From assembly GCA_964513735.1 (NCBI GenBank), contig CAZENU010000003.1:50736-114735 (forward strand): a stretch of 64,000 nucleotides of DNA. Direction: 5' to 3'. The notes under the pieces were generated by a model. That model made no database searches. It was not told the origin of the DNA and saw only the letters and a program-made list of their open reading frames with translations. Of this stretch, positions 42,242-51,811 are shown in pieces; the first letter of the stretch is position 1, and each line of letters opens with the position of its first letter. The translations under genes were made by a program, and so were the position numbers. The DNA is from an uncultured Dehalococcoidia bacterium. Its GTDB lineage: Bacteria; Chloroflexota; Dehalococcoidia; Lucifugimonadales; CAZENU01.

Positions 42242-42856
42242 ATGCTCAAGAAGCCGGGCAATATAACGAGAGTCAAGCAGGACAACCAGGGCCGCAACGT
42301 GCCCCCGGGCCAGTACGCCACCACCAAGTTCCCCATCCTGACCTTCGGCCCCACGCCGAAGATCGACCTGACGACCTGGCGGTTCAAGGTCTTCGGACTG
42401 GTAGAGCAGGATGTCGTCCTTGACTGGCGGCAGTTCACCGGCCTGCCCAGGGTCACCATAGACGCCGAGTTCCACTGCGTTACCCAGTGGAGCCGCCTCG
42501 AGAACACCTGGGAGGGCGTCGCGTTCTCCGAGCTGATGGAGTTGGCACCACCCAGGCCGGAGGCGAGCTTCGTCATGGCCCACTGCTACGGCGGGTACAC
42601 GACCAACATCGCCCTGGACGTGCTGCAGGACGACGACGTGCTCTTCGCATACCGTCACGACGGCAAGCCGCTGGAGCCCGACCACGGCGGCCCGCTCAGG
42701 CTGGTCGTCCCGAAGCGGTACGGGTGGAAGAGCGCCAAGTGGGTAAACGGGATCGAGATCATCGCCGAGGACGCCCCCGGCTTCTGGGAGCTGAGAGGCT
42801 ACCACATGGAGGGTGACCCCTTGAAGGAGCAGCGCTTCTGGGAGCGCCCGATCTAG
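42242..42856 (+). CDS. sulfite-oxidase-family molybdopterin-binding oxidoreductase domain protein
   Basis: 204 aa, with FHCVTQWS, GGPLRLVVPKRYGWKSAKWV and PGFWELRGYH. Confidence 0.8.
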   Translation: MLKKPGNITRVKQDNQGRNVPPGQYATTKFPILTFGPTPKIDLTTWRFKVFGLVEQDVVLDWRQFTGLPRVTIDAEFHCVTQWSRLENTWEGVAFSELMELAPPRPEASFVMAHCYGGYTTNIALDVLQDDDVLFAYRHDGKPLEPDHGGPLRLVVPKRYGWKSAKWVNGIEIIAEDAPGFWELRGYHMEGDPLKEQRFWERPI

Positions 42857-42884
42857 CTCTCAGGGCCCCGTGCGTCGACAAAGA

Positions 42885-42916
42885 GAAAGGGCCCGCCGAC
42901 GTCGGCGGGCCCTTTC
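42885..42916. terminator. bidirectional terminator between convergent genes
   Basis: Perfect 32-nt palindrome GAAAGGGCCCGCCGAC/GTCGGCGGGCCCTTTC, flanked by T-rich runs on both strands. Confidence 0.7.
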
Positions 42917-42939
42917 TTCGTGCTCTGGCAGCGACCGGG

Positions 42940-43128
42940 CTATGCGACCTTCTTCACCCTTGAAGCCTCGGCCACCCTGCGCTCCTTCATCATCGCGACC
43001 AGCACGTCATCCTCTCGCTCGATGTCGACCGTCATACCACACTGAAGGCACTGTTTGTAGTCGCCGTAGAAGTCCCCGTTAACCTGCATGTCACCGTGGC
43101 ATCTAGCGCAAGCCTTAAATAGCAGCAT
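42940..43128 (-). CDS. small zinc-ribbon protein (62 aa)
   Basis: MLLFKACARCHGDMQVNGDFYGDYKQCLQCGMTV has CxxC...CxxC. I prefer the start at ATG 43128. Confidence 0.45.
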   Translation of the reverse strand: MLLFKACARCHGDMQVNGDFYGDYKQCLQCGMTVDIEREDDVLVAMMKERRVAEASRVKKVA

Positions 43129-43317
43129 CGTTCTTTCCCCTTGTCTATCCGGTCCTGCCTCCGTGCCGTCGGCGGGAAGCGCGCCAGGAGACCGTTCATC
43201 GGTCGCCCCAGACTCGGCCATTCTTGTTTTGATAACCTGTATACGTTAGACGCGCAGATCAGGATTCGGATTCAACCATGAGCGCGTCGCAGGAGTCGAA
43301 CTGGCCGTAGTATAACT

Positions 43318-43347
43318 CTTGACACACCTCGTATCAAGTGCTAGCAT
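43318..43347 (+). promoter_or_regulatory. sigma70-like promoter with an overlapping HAIR-like inverted repeat (HspR operator candidate)
   Basis: TTGACA (43319..43324), 17 nt, then TAGCAT (43342..43347). CTTGACA-N7-TATCAAG at 43318..43338 resembles the HAIR consensus CTTGAGT-N7-ACTCAAG. The arms pair at 6 of 7 positions. Confidence 0.6.
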
Positions 43348-43413
43348 CTCTATACACCCCGTCCGCCTCTGCAGACGAGTGATTCAGACTGGGAAACGGG
43401 CCACACGCAGCAC

Positions 43414-43797
43414 ATGACAGAGAGATGGTTCACAGCACGCGTCTCGCGCGACTCGGATGTCGTTGGGGGCGTCTACATCATCAGCGTGGCCGCACGAATA
43501 CTGGCCATGCACCCCCAGACCCTGCGCAAGTACGAGCGGGTAGGCCTGGTAACACCGTCGCGCACCCAGGGGATGCTCCGTCTCTATTCGGAGGAGGACA
43601 TCGCCCGCCTCAGGCTCATCAAACACCTGGTGGGCCTTGGGCTGAACCTGGCGGGCGTCGAGCTCGTGCTCAATCTGTTCAACCGACTTCTGGAGATCAA
43701 GGGCACCGTGAACGCGATAGATGCCGAGGAGCTGAGGCCCTTCCTCACCAAGAGCCTCGACGAGATCTTCGAGCTGCTGCACGCCCACCGGCGCTAG
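43414..43797 (+). CDS. hspR: MerR-family heat-shock repressor HspR
   Basis: VYIISVAARILAMHPQTLRKYERVGLVTPSRTQGMLRLYSEEDIARLRLIKHLV..GLNLAGVELVLNL closely follows the HspR pattern. Confidence 0.85.
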   Translation: MTERWFTARVSRDSDVVGGVYIISVAARILAMHPQTLRKYERVGLVTPSRTQGMLRLYSEEDIARLRLIKHLVGLGLNLAGVELVLNLFNRLLEIKGTVNAIDAEELRPFLTKSLDEIFELLHAHRR

Positions 43798-43820
43798 ACC
43801 GACCCGCGGAGACCGATCGT

Positions 43821-44408
43821 ATGACCCCGACAGAGCATCCACAGGACCCGTCCGGCGACGAAGAGCGCCCCCATCAGGCCGTCGACACGGCCCTGCTCCA
43901 GGAGCGACTCGAGGAGGCCGAGCGGGAAACGGACCAGTTCCGCACGATGGCCCAGCGCACCCAGGCGGACCTGGCCAACTACAAGAAGCGCGCCTCCGAG
44001 GAGATGGACGAGCTGAGGCGGCGGACCACCTCCGGTCTACTGCTGAAGATCATCGCCATCAAAGACGATCTACAGCGCGGCCTTGACCTCGTCCCGGAGG
44101 ACGGCAGCGCCGACGGCTGGGCCAAGGGCCTGCGGCTGGTGATGCGCAACATCGATAGCGCTCTCCAGGTGGAGGGCGTCACGAAAACCGAGGCGCTGGG
44201 CATGCCCTTCGAGCCGTGGGAGTTCGAAGCGGTCCAGTACGAGGAGACGGCCCATGCGGCGGAAGGTACCATTGTGAGCGTGTTCAGAGAGGGATACAGA
44301 CACCAGGGGAGGGTCCTCAGGGCAGCCCAGGTAGTCGTCGCCAAGACGCCTGAGATGGAGGGCCGAAGCGGACAGACCAAAGACGGAGATGTTGAGGAGA
44401 CTCTTTAG
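43821..44408 (+). CDS. grpE: nucleotide exchange factor GrpE
   Basis: ATG 43821. It has a coiled-coil region (ERETDQFRTMAQRTQADLANYKKRASEE) and a C-terminal beta domain (GYRHQGRVLRAAQVVV). Confidence 0.9.
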   Translation: MTPTEHPQDPSGDEERPHQAVDTALLQERLEEAERETDQFRTMAQRTQADLANYKKRASEEMDELRRRTTSGLLLKIIAIKDDLQRGLDLVPEDGSADGWAKGLRLVMRNIDSALQVEGVTKTEALGMPFEPWEFEAVQYEETAHAAEGTIVSVFREGYRHQGRVLRAAQVVVAKTPEMEGRSGQTKDGDVEETL

Positions 44409-46322
44409 ATGGCAAAAGTACTGGGAATAGATCTGGGTACCACGAACTCTTGCATGGCGATCATCGAGGGCGGCGAGCCGCGCGTACTCGAGAACGCCGA
44501 GGGAGGCCGGACCACGCCCTCCGTTGTCGCCACCAAGCCCAAATCAGAAGAGCGCTACATCGGTCAGACCGCCAAGCGACAGTCCGTCACCAACCCCGAC
44601 GGCACCATCTACTCGGTCAAGCGGTTCATGGGTCGAAAGTTCGACGAAGACACGATCCAGCACGACATCGGGCTGGTCCCCTTCAACGTCGTCAAGCACA
44701 CCAACGGCGACGCCTACGTCTCCCTCGGCGACAAGAGCATGGCGCCGCCCGAGGTGTCGGCGATGATCCTGCAGAAGCTCAAACAGGACGCCGAGGCCAA
44801 GCTGGGCGAGAAGATCACCCAGGCCGTCATCACAGTCCCGGCGTACTTCAATGACAGTCAGCGCAACGCCACCAAGGACGCAGGCCGCATCGCGGGCCTC
44901 GAGGTGCTGCGGATCATCAACGAGCCGACGGCAGCGTCGCTGGCCTACGGACTGGACAAGAAGAACGAGGAAACCATCGCCGTATACGACATGGGCGGCG
45001 GGACCTTCGACATCACCATCCTCCAGATCGGCGAGGGCGTCTTCGAGGTCAAGGCCACCAACGGCGACACCCACCTCGGAGGCGACGACTTCGACCAGCG
45101 AATCATCGACTGGATCGCCGAGGAGTTCTTGCGCGACCAGGGCATCGACCTCAAGCAGGACCGAATGGCGCTCCAGCGGTTGCGGGAGGGCGCGGAGCGG
45201 GCCAAGATCGAACTCTCAAACGTAACGCAGACCGAGATCAACCTGCCGTTCATCACCGCGGACGCCTCTGGGCCCAAGCACCTGGTGATGTCGCTCAGCC
45301 GCTCGAACCTCGATCAACTCGTGGGCGACCTGGTGCAGAACTCCATGGAGCCGTGCCGGCAGGCTATGAAGGATGCCGGCCTCGATGCAGGCGCCATCGA
45401 CGAGGTGATCCTCGTCGGCGGCATGACACGCATGCCGGCCGTCCAGAAGGCCGTCGTAGACCTGTTCGGCAAAGAGCCCCACCAGGGAGTCAACCCGGAC
45501 GAGGTAGTGGCTGTGGGGGCCGCCATCCAGGCCGGAGTGCTCCAGGGCGAGGTCCAGGACCTGCTGCTGCTCGACGTGACCCCGCTTACGCTGGGCATCG
45601 AGACCCTGGGCGGCGTCACGACGGCGCTGATTCAACGCAACACCACCGTCCCCACCGCCAAGACCGAGGTGTTCACCACTGCGGGCGACGGCCAGACCAG
45701 CGTGGAGGTCCACGTCCTGCAGGGCGAGCGCACCCAGGCAACAGACAACAAGACGATAGGCCGGTTCATGCTGGACGGCATCCTGCCCGCGCCCAGGGGG
45801 GCGCCCCAGATCGAGGTCACCTTCGACATAGACGCCGACGGCATCCTCAACGTTTCCGCCAAGGACAAGGGCACCGGCAAGGAGCAGCGGATCACCATCA
45901 CCGCCAGCTCCGGCCTGAGCCAGGACGAGATCGAGAGAATGGTTAAGGACGCCGAGGAGCATGCGGAGGAGGACAGCCGCAAGCGAGAAGAGGCGGAGTT
46001 GCGCAACGGCGCCGAGTCCGCCGCCTTCGTCGCGGAGAAGCTCCTCACCGACAACGCCGACAAGCTGCCAGCCGACCTGAAGGAAGAGATCGAGGGCAAG
46101 GTCACAGCCGTTCGCACCACCCTGCAGGGCGAAGACGTGGTGGCGATTAGATCGTCGGTCGAGGAGCTCGAGAAGGCCGTCCAGCGCGTCGGCGAGCTCG
46201 TCTACAGCCAGCAGGCCGATGCGGGTGGAGAGGCCGAGCAGCCCGAAGCGCCTCCCGATGACGAGGTCGGTGCCGATCCCCCCTCAGACGACACCGTAGA
46301 GGGCGAATACCGCGAAGTATAA
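44409..46322 (+). CDS. dnaK: molecular chaperone DnaK
   Basis: 637 aa, with [17 protein letters not shown] and [11 protein letters not shown]. The ATG directly follows the grpE stop. Confidence 0.97.
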   Translation: MAKVLGIDLGTTNSCMAIIEGGEPRVLENAEGGRTTPSVVATKPKSEERYIGQTAKRQSVTNPDGTIYSVKRFMGRKFDEDTIQHDIGLVPFNVVKHTNGDAYVSLGDKSMAPPEVSAMILQKLKQDAEAKLGEKITQAVITVPAYFNDSQRNATKDAGRIAGLEVLRIINEPTAASLAYGLDKKNEETIAVYDMGGGTFDITILQIGEGVFEVKATNGDTHLGGDDFDQRIIDWIAEEFLRDQGIDLKQDRMALQRLREGAERAKIELSNVTQTEINLPFITADASGPKHLVMSLSRSNLDQLVGDLVQNSMEPCRQAMKDAGLDAGAIDEVILVGGMTRMPAVQKAVVDLFGKEPHQGVNPDEVVAVGAAIQAGVLQGEVQDLLLLDVTPLTLGIETLGGVTTALIQRNTTVPTAKTEVFTTAGDGQTSVEVHVLQGERTQATDNKTIGRFMLDGILPAPRGAPQIEVTFDIDADGILNVSAKDKGTGKEQRITITASSGLSQDEIERMVKDAEEHAEEDSRKREEAELRNGAESAAFVAEKLLTDNADKLPADLKEEIEGKVTAVRTTLQGEDVVAIRSSVEELEKAVQRVGELVYSQQADAGGEAEQPEAPPDDEVGADPPSDDTVEGEYREV

Positions 46323-46343
46323 CCGCGCCAGGTAGGTCCTTTC

Positions 46344-46393
46344 CTCACCCTTCGACGGGTTAATGGCCTGACCTGAACCCATCGAAGGGTGAG
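46344..46393 (+). other. long imperfect hairpin 22 nt after the dnaK stop (no U tail)
   Basis: CTCACCCTTCGA-C-GGGTT, a 14-nt loop, then AACCC-A-TCGAAGGGTGAG: 17 bp with one C/A mismatch. Confidence 0.4.
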
Positions 46394-46723
46394 AGCGGTC
46401 CCGCCCGGAGGCCGGAGACGGTCCATCGGAGAAGCAAAGGGGATAGGTCGCCGGGATGGCCTGTCCTCTTCTTTGATCGCGACCGCTTCTTTGCGACCAA
46501 CCCAGGAACTCGCTCCGATTGCCCCGAGTGGGCCAGAGCCTGCCAACATGGTCGGCGCCTATGAACACGATAGGCTAGGGGAGCCCTTTGGTGAGGTATC
46601 TATAGCCCTTCGATACGCCCTGATGAGGCATCGGAGCTACTCAGGGTAAACGGAGAATTGAGGCGGACGCGAGACTCGATCGACCAGCCCGATCAGGTTA
46701 CCTTGAAGGCACGCGTGTCACGG

Positions 46724-47680
46724 TCAGCCGTGGAGCACATCGTTGGCCAGGGCGCTTCCCCGGGGCACCGACGAGCCACGAAGCAGCACCGAGTCCCGCA
46801 CCGTCGCGACGTCCTCGATACGGCACCCTCGCTCCGCGTAGACGTAGGGCCCGACCACACACCCTCGGCCGACGGACACGCCCGGCTCAACGCAGACCGG
46901 CTGTATGAACCTGGCGTCCGGGGCGATTGCCACGCCTTCCGGCAGCTTGAACGGCCCATCCGACGCAAGGTACCGCCGGTTGATGGCCAGCAGGTCTGCC
47001 GCCAAGGTCAGGTCCATTCGCCCACGCACGTGGAACGCCCGCACCCTCCCCTCGCGCTCGATCAGCATCTGAATCGCCGACTGAAGCTCTCGTTCCCCTC
47101 TGGCTGACAGTGGCACGTCGTCCAGGTATCGCAGCACCGCGGGCGAGAAGACGTAGAGCGGCAGGCTGGCCAGGTTCGATGGCGCGGCCTCGGGCGACGG
47201 TTTCTCGACGATCCGGGTCACCCACTCGCCGTCGAGTCCGACGATGCCCGTACGAGAAATGTCCTCGTCGTCCACCGGCATCACCGTCAACATCGCGGTC
47301 GGTGACTCGGCTTCGCGCCACAGGTCGATCAGGCGGGCAACGGCGCCCTCCTCCACCAAATTGTCGCAGGCGGCGACGACGAAATCGCCGTCGACAATCG
47401 GAGCGGCACAGGCAACGGCGTCTGCCATGCCCGCCGACCTCGGCTGGACCACCAGCCGGACCCGCGAGCGAAACGCGGACTCGGAAGCGAAGTGTCGGGC
47501 TATCTCCGCATCGGCCGGATGGACCACGACGACGAAGTCCTCGACGCCGCCGCCCGCAAGGTCCCGCATGACCCGCTCGATCATGGGCACGCCGACCACG
47601 GGCATCATGGCCTTCGACCGGGCGTCGGTCAGGGGTTTGAGGCGGGTGCCGGCTCCCGCCGCCAGAACGACTCCGAGCAT
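46724..47680 (-). CDS. sugar-1-phosphate nucleotidyltransferase with C-terminal left-handed beta-helix domain
   Basis: MLGVVLAAGAGTRLKPLTDARSKAMMPV (GxGTRLxPxT). C-terminal hexapeptide-like repeats. The ATG at 47680 overlaps the upstream TGA (ATGA). Confidence 0.8.
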   Translation of the reverse strand: MLGVVLAAGAGTRLKPLTDARSKAMMPVVGVPMIERVMRDLAGGGVEDFVVVVHPADAEIARHFASESAFRSRVRLVVQPRSAGMADAVACAAPIVDGDFVVAACDNLVEEGAVARLIDLWREAESPTAMLTVMPVDDEDISRTGIVGLDGEWVTRIVEKPSPEAAPSNLASLPLYVFSPAVLRYLDDVPLSARGERELQSAIQMLIEREGRVRAFHVRGRMDLTLAADLLAINRRYLASDGPFKLPEGVAIAPDARFIQPVCVEPGVSVGRGCVVGPYVYAERGCRIEDVATVRDSVLLRGSSVPRGSALANDVLHG

Positions 47681-48819
47681 CAGGTCGCCTCGGCGATCAG
47701 CCCGTCGTGGGAGACCACCGGCCGGTAGACCCGTGCCTCGGTCAGCCCGGACGAGGCTGCCGCCTGCCGCCAGGCCTCGGCGACCCGGTCCTCCTGGCCG
47801 AGGTGCGTCAGCGCGAAGACCGACCCCCCGCCGCCGGCGCCCGTCAGCTTGGCACCCAGAGCGCCGCTCTCCAGTGCGGCGCGGACCAGGAGGTTGTTCG
47901 CCCACCCGGCCCCACCTTCCAGACCGCAGTAGGTCATCATCTCGTCGACCAGCCTGTGGTTCTCGTTCATCAGCGCGCCGACGGCCGGCCAATCGCCGGC
48001 CAGTAGCGCGGCCTTGCCCCGCCAGGCGGTCTCCCACGCGCCGGACATGAACCCGACCATGGCGGGCATGCCTTGCCGGCGGTCCAGCCAGTCAGAGTCT
48101 TCCTGGAGATATCTGGGACGCATCCTGCCGTGGACGTCGCCGGAATCACGCTCTACCCCGCTGGAAATCAGGACCAGCGGCAGCGGCTCCACCAGCCGGT
48201 CCAACCGCTCGTACGTCGCCAGCGGCTCCGCGCCCAGGCCGCGTTGTGCCAGCTTGCCACGATAGTCGATGTAGGCGAGCCCGCCGAACAGAGGCACGTA
48301 CCGGTCCGCGAAACCGCAGGTGATTCCCAACTCCTTGGCCTCGGCCTGCTGGCCCAGCTCCGCCAGTACGTAGTCATTGTGTGCCCGGCGGTCAAGCTCG
48401 TAGAACTCACGAAGCCCCGCCATCGTGAGCAGGACGAATAGCGACGAGCCACCGAGCCCGCTCTGGGCCGGAACGTCGGTCCAGACGCTTATCCGGCAGC
48501 CCTGCTGTCTGCATTTGGAGCGGAGCTCCTCGCTGTACGCGTGTAGCACGTTGAATCCCGCCTTGAGCAGATCGAGCCGCCCATCGTAGGGCAGCGGGCG
48601 GTCCTCCCGGCCGTACGTGACGCTCCGAGAGCCATCCACTCCATTCTCCTGGACTGACTCGAACACCAGGCCGTCGGCAGGCTCGACCGTCGCCCCGGCG
48701 CGCAGGTCTATGGCCGCCGAGATCGTCGAGAAGTCGCCCTCGTTCCCGTCGCCCGGATTGCCCAGGATGTTGATCCGCGCCGGGACCGTCAACTCAACCT
48801 TCGTAGCAGCCATGGGCAA
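47680..48819 (-). CDS. GHMP-family sugar kinase
   Basis: 379 aa, with PARINILGNPGD, the GHMP motif PAQSGLGGSSLF and C-terminal KLTGAGGGGS. Confidence 0.8.
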   Translation of the reverse strand: MPMAATKVELTVPARINILGNPGDGNEGDFSTISAAIDLRAGATVEPADGLVFESVQENGVDGSRSVTYGREDRPLPYDGRLDLLKAGFNVLHAYSEELRSKCRQQGCRISVWTDVPAQSGLGGSSLFVLLTMAGLREFYELDRRAHNDYVLAELGQQAEAKELGITCGFADRYVPLFGGLAYIDYRGKLAQRGLGAEPLATYERLDRLVEPLPLVLISSGVERDSGDVHGRMRPRYLQEDSDWLDRRQGMPAMVGFMSGAWETAWRGKAALLAGDWPAVGALMNENHRLVDEMMTYCGLEGGAGWANNLLVRAALESGALGAKLTGAGGGGSVFALTHLGQEDRVAEAWRQAAASSGLTEARVYRPVVSHDGLIAEAT

Positions 48820-49075
48820 CCTACCTCTCGTCGTACCGTCACAGAAGTCTAAATTGCTCCAGCAGGCCCGTCAAACGCCTCTCGCTGGAAGGTCAACCAC
48901 GCCGGGCTTACGTCTGGGTCGGGAGCAACGATCTGGCGCATTACATGTATCGAAAAGCCGAGGCTACAATGGCGCACCAAGAGGGCTGTCACCTCGAATA
49001 GGTCTGTTCCGGGACGGGAGCCGTATACGTCGCGGACTTCACGAGAAGGGAAGCGAAACTGAGATCCTGGACGGA

Positions 49076-49890
49076 ATGTCGACGTGCCGCTTCGAGACCT
49101 TAGAGGTCAGCACATGCTTCGACTCCGTCTATCTCAGGGACGAGGAAGAGGGCCTGGGTCCCTACGGCGTGTTGCTGGGCGGGCTGGGGCCCAGCACTTC
49201 GCGCGGGTCACCTTCTTCGACATGAGGTTCGTGTGAATGCAGCTGATCCTGGACAACTTCGACCTTGACGGCGACGGTGTCTACGTTCAGGGTCACAATC
49301 GTAGCGACGACCTCTTCATGTTTCTCAAGAAACGGGTGGAAGGACTGGGGGCTGATACGACATATGTCGTAACCATTTCCCTCGACCTTGCAACCAACGT
49401 CCCTGCTGGTTCGTTCGGCATCGGTGGCTCGCCCGGAGAGAGCGTATACGTCAAGGCGGGGGCGTCCACGGCCGAGCCGCTCATCGTAGAGAACGATGCG
49501 GCGTGGCTCCGGATGAATATCGACAAGGGCAACCAGGCCACCGAGGGTGAGTCCATGATCGTCCTGGGCAACGTCGCCCACCCCTAAGTGGCCGGCGAAG
49601 AGTACAGGATCAAGACCCTGGACAACCAGGATCGGCCCTTAAACGTCGTGACTGACAGTCAGGGCCGGGTCTGGCTGATCGTTGGGACAGACTCGGGCTT
49701 CGAGGGCCTGAGCGCCTTCTACTTCGCCCGCATCAGCTACGTCTTCATCGCCGTGGAGCCCCCGAATATTGGCAGTCTCGCACCATCGAGCCGGGCCCTC
49801 AAGAGGCTACCAATCCTTGGGGCCGCTTTGTACGGTCTTGGTCTAGCCGTGCTGGTGAGGCGACACTCCAGGAAGACAACTCCAGCGTAG
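49076..49890 (+). pseudogene. hypothetical protein with a C-terminal hydrophobic anchor, disrupted by one frameshift and two in-frame stops
   Basis: MSTCRFETLEV...GVLLGGLG is in one frame. After a frame change in the CTGGGGCCC run it reads AQHFARVTFFDMRFV, then TGA (49234..49236). It continues MQLILDNFDLDGDG...LGNVAHP, then TAA (49585..49587), then VAGEEYRIKTLDNQ...LPILGAALYGLGLAVLVRRHSRK. ORFs 49237..49587 and 49588..49890 share one frame. Confidence 0.45.
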
Positions 49891-49971
49891 CACACACCAT
49901 GTCACACTTTAGGGTAGGACACGACCGCGATTGGTGCCGCGGCTTCTCCCTAGTCCCCAGCCCTCTTCTTC

Positions 49972-51144
49972 TTACGGGCCTTCGTCGCCGTAATGGCGGA
50001 TCGACCGCACCGGCTGCTCCACGTAAGGCCTCTCCAGCAGTGCCCGCTCATCGAGCTCGACTCCGAGCCCGGGGCCTTCAGGAAGATCGACATACCCGCC
50101 CTCCACCTTGAGCGGGTCGACCGATATCTCGTTGCCGGTCTCCTCGAAGTTCACAAAGTACTCGGTGATCAAGAAGTTCGGCATGCACGCCGCCGCTTGC
50201 ACCGTCGCCGCCAAGGCGACGGTCGTGCTGTTGTAGTTGTGGGGCGACACGGCGACGTAGTACGGTTCGGCCATCGCCGCGATCTCCTTGAGCTCCAGTA
50301 TGCCGCCGCAGTTGCACACGTCCGGGTTGATGATGTCCGCCGCCCGGCGTTCGAAGACCTCCCGGAACGCCGCCTTCGTGTACAGCGTCTCCCCCGTCAC
50401 CACCGGGATGCGTGTCCGCTCTCGGACCTCGGCAAGCGCCGGGATGTTTTCGGCCGGCACCGGCTCCTCGTACCAGAACGGCTCGAACTCCTCCAGCGCG
50501 CCGGAGAAGCGTATGGCGTTCATGGGGGAGAGCCGCCGGTGCCCCTCGATCAGCAGGTCGATCTCCGGGCCAACCGCCTCGCGGACGGCGCGGACCACAT
50601 CTATAGCCGACTGCTCGACGTCTCTGCCCACGAACGACCGCCACGGCCGTGGGAAGGGGTCGAACTTCATCGCCGTGAAACCGCGCGCGACCGTTTCGGT
50701 CGCCTTGTCCGCGTACTCTTCCGGCTTCGACGAGCTCGCGTACCAGCCGTTGGCGTACACGCGAACCCGTCCCCGGCACGGACCGCCCAGCAGCTTGTAG
50801 ACAGGCACGCCGAGCTTCTTTCCCACGATGTCCCACAACGCCTGCTCGATACCGCTCAGCGCGCAGTACAGGTCCATGGAGCCGCGCCGGCTGCTAAAGT
50901 CGTCGTACACGATCCACGTGAAGTGCTTGATGGCGAAAGGGTCGCGCCCGACCAGGTATCGCTCCAGCTCGCGAACATGCTCCTCGATGGCCCTGTCGCG
51001 ATCGAGCTGCGTGTACGCCTCGCCCCAGCCGTGGATTCCCTCGTCCGTCTCCACCTTCACGAACAGCCAGTTCTTTCCCCCGACGACCCCGGCCCTCTCG
51101 GCGGACGGCGTCACCAGGAACGTCTTCACTCCCGTTACCTTCAT
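49972..51144 (-). CDS. enolase-superfamily enzyme (galactonate-dehydratase-like)
   Basis: 390 aa, with MKVTGVKTFLV, GWGEAY, FTAMKFDPF, LLIEGHRRL, FWYEEP and VVTGETL. Confidence 0.85.
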   Translation of the reverse strand: MKVTGVKTFLVTPSAERAGVVGGKNWLFVKVETDEGIHGWGEAYTQLDRDRAIEEHVRELERYLVGRDPFAIKHFTWIVYDDFSSRRGSMDLYCALSGIEQALWDIVGKKLGVPVYKLLGGPCRGRVRVYANGWYASSSKPEEYADKATETVARGFTAMKFDPFPRPWRSFVGRDVEQSAIDVVRAVREAVGPEIDLLIEGHRRLSPMNAIRFSGALEEFEPFWYEEPVPAENIPALAEVRERTRIPVVTGETLYTKAAFREVFERRAADIINPDVCNCGGILELKEIAAMAEPYYVAVSPHNYNSTTVALAATVQAAACMPNFLITEYFVNFEETGNEISVDPLKVEGGYVDLPEGPGLGVELDERALLERPYVEQPVRSIRHYGDEGP

Positions 51145-51272
51145 CGCTTCCTCTCCTGTCGGCCGGTCTGCGTCATCTCCGGGCGTCGCCTGGCAGAGCG
51201 GTGAGGCCCCGCTCTCGGTGTAGAATACGCACGCTGATTAGCGAAAGGCCCAGCCCCAAGGATGCAGTCAAC

Positions 51273-51696
51273 ATGAATTGGGTCGACTATCACGCTACCG
51301 TTCGGGCAACGATCGTAGGACTGGACAAGATAGTCGTAACGCTGTGGGTACAATCGTTGGCCTTCGCTGGAGCTATTGTCGCGGCCGTTAACCTCGGAGG
51401 CAAACTAACCACCCCGGCAATACTGTCCATAGAGGCTGCGGCATTTACCTGGAGCTTGGCATTCCTGTGTCTAACATACATCTATGCCACCCTCCTTCAA
51501 AGGAAGGGCTGTATACGTAGCCATGCGGATAGAAGACCGGATGATAGGCTCCGCCGACGATGACCTGAAGCTGACCAGCTACTTGGACGAGTTCGAGTTG
51601 GCCGGCGGCAACGAGGGCAAGTATTACTATATCGGGGCAGCCGCGCTCATTCCGGTCTTCTTGGCTCTCATGTTGGCGTCCCAGGTAGTCCACTAA
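51273..51696 (+). pseudogene. hypothetical three-helix membrane protein, apparently frameshifted near 51500..51515
   Basis: MNWVDYH...VVTLWVQSLAFAGAIVAAV...AAFTWSLAFLCLTYIYATLLQRK is in one frame. AVYVAMRIEDRM...YYYIGAAALIPVFLALMLASQVVH is in the next. The region is lower in GC. Confidence 0.4.
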
Positions 51697-51811
51697 GACC
51701 ATGAATAACGGCATTGCGAATCCTGAAGACCACTCCAACCAGACCAAGGTGTGCAGATGAGCCGGGTCGTTCAAAGCCCGATGGACGAGCTGGACCGGCA
51801 GGTACAGACTC

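Noticed and set aside
46600-46660. CTGATGAG (46620..46627), the hammerhead ribozyme core box
   Set aside because: No complementary stem II follows it. The downstream box reads GTAAAC rather than the required GAAA context, and stems I and III cannot be drawn. An 8-mer like this is expected by chance about once or twice in 128 kb of two-strand sequence.
46724-48037. 437-aa version of the nucleotidyltransferase ORF with a 119-aa Arg/Gly-rich N-terminal extension
   Set aside because: The extension overlaps the GHMP kinase gene in another frame. The conserved GxGTRL motif follows the internal ATG at 47680, which forms an ATGA overlap with the kinase stop.
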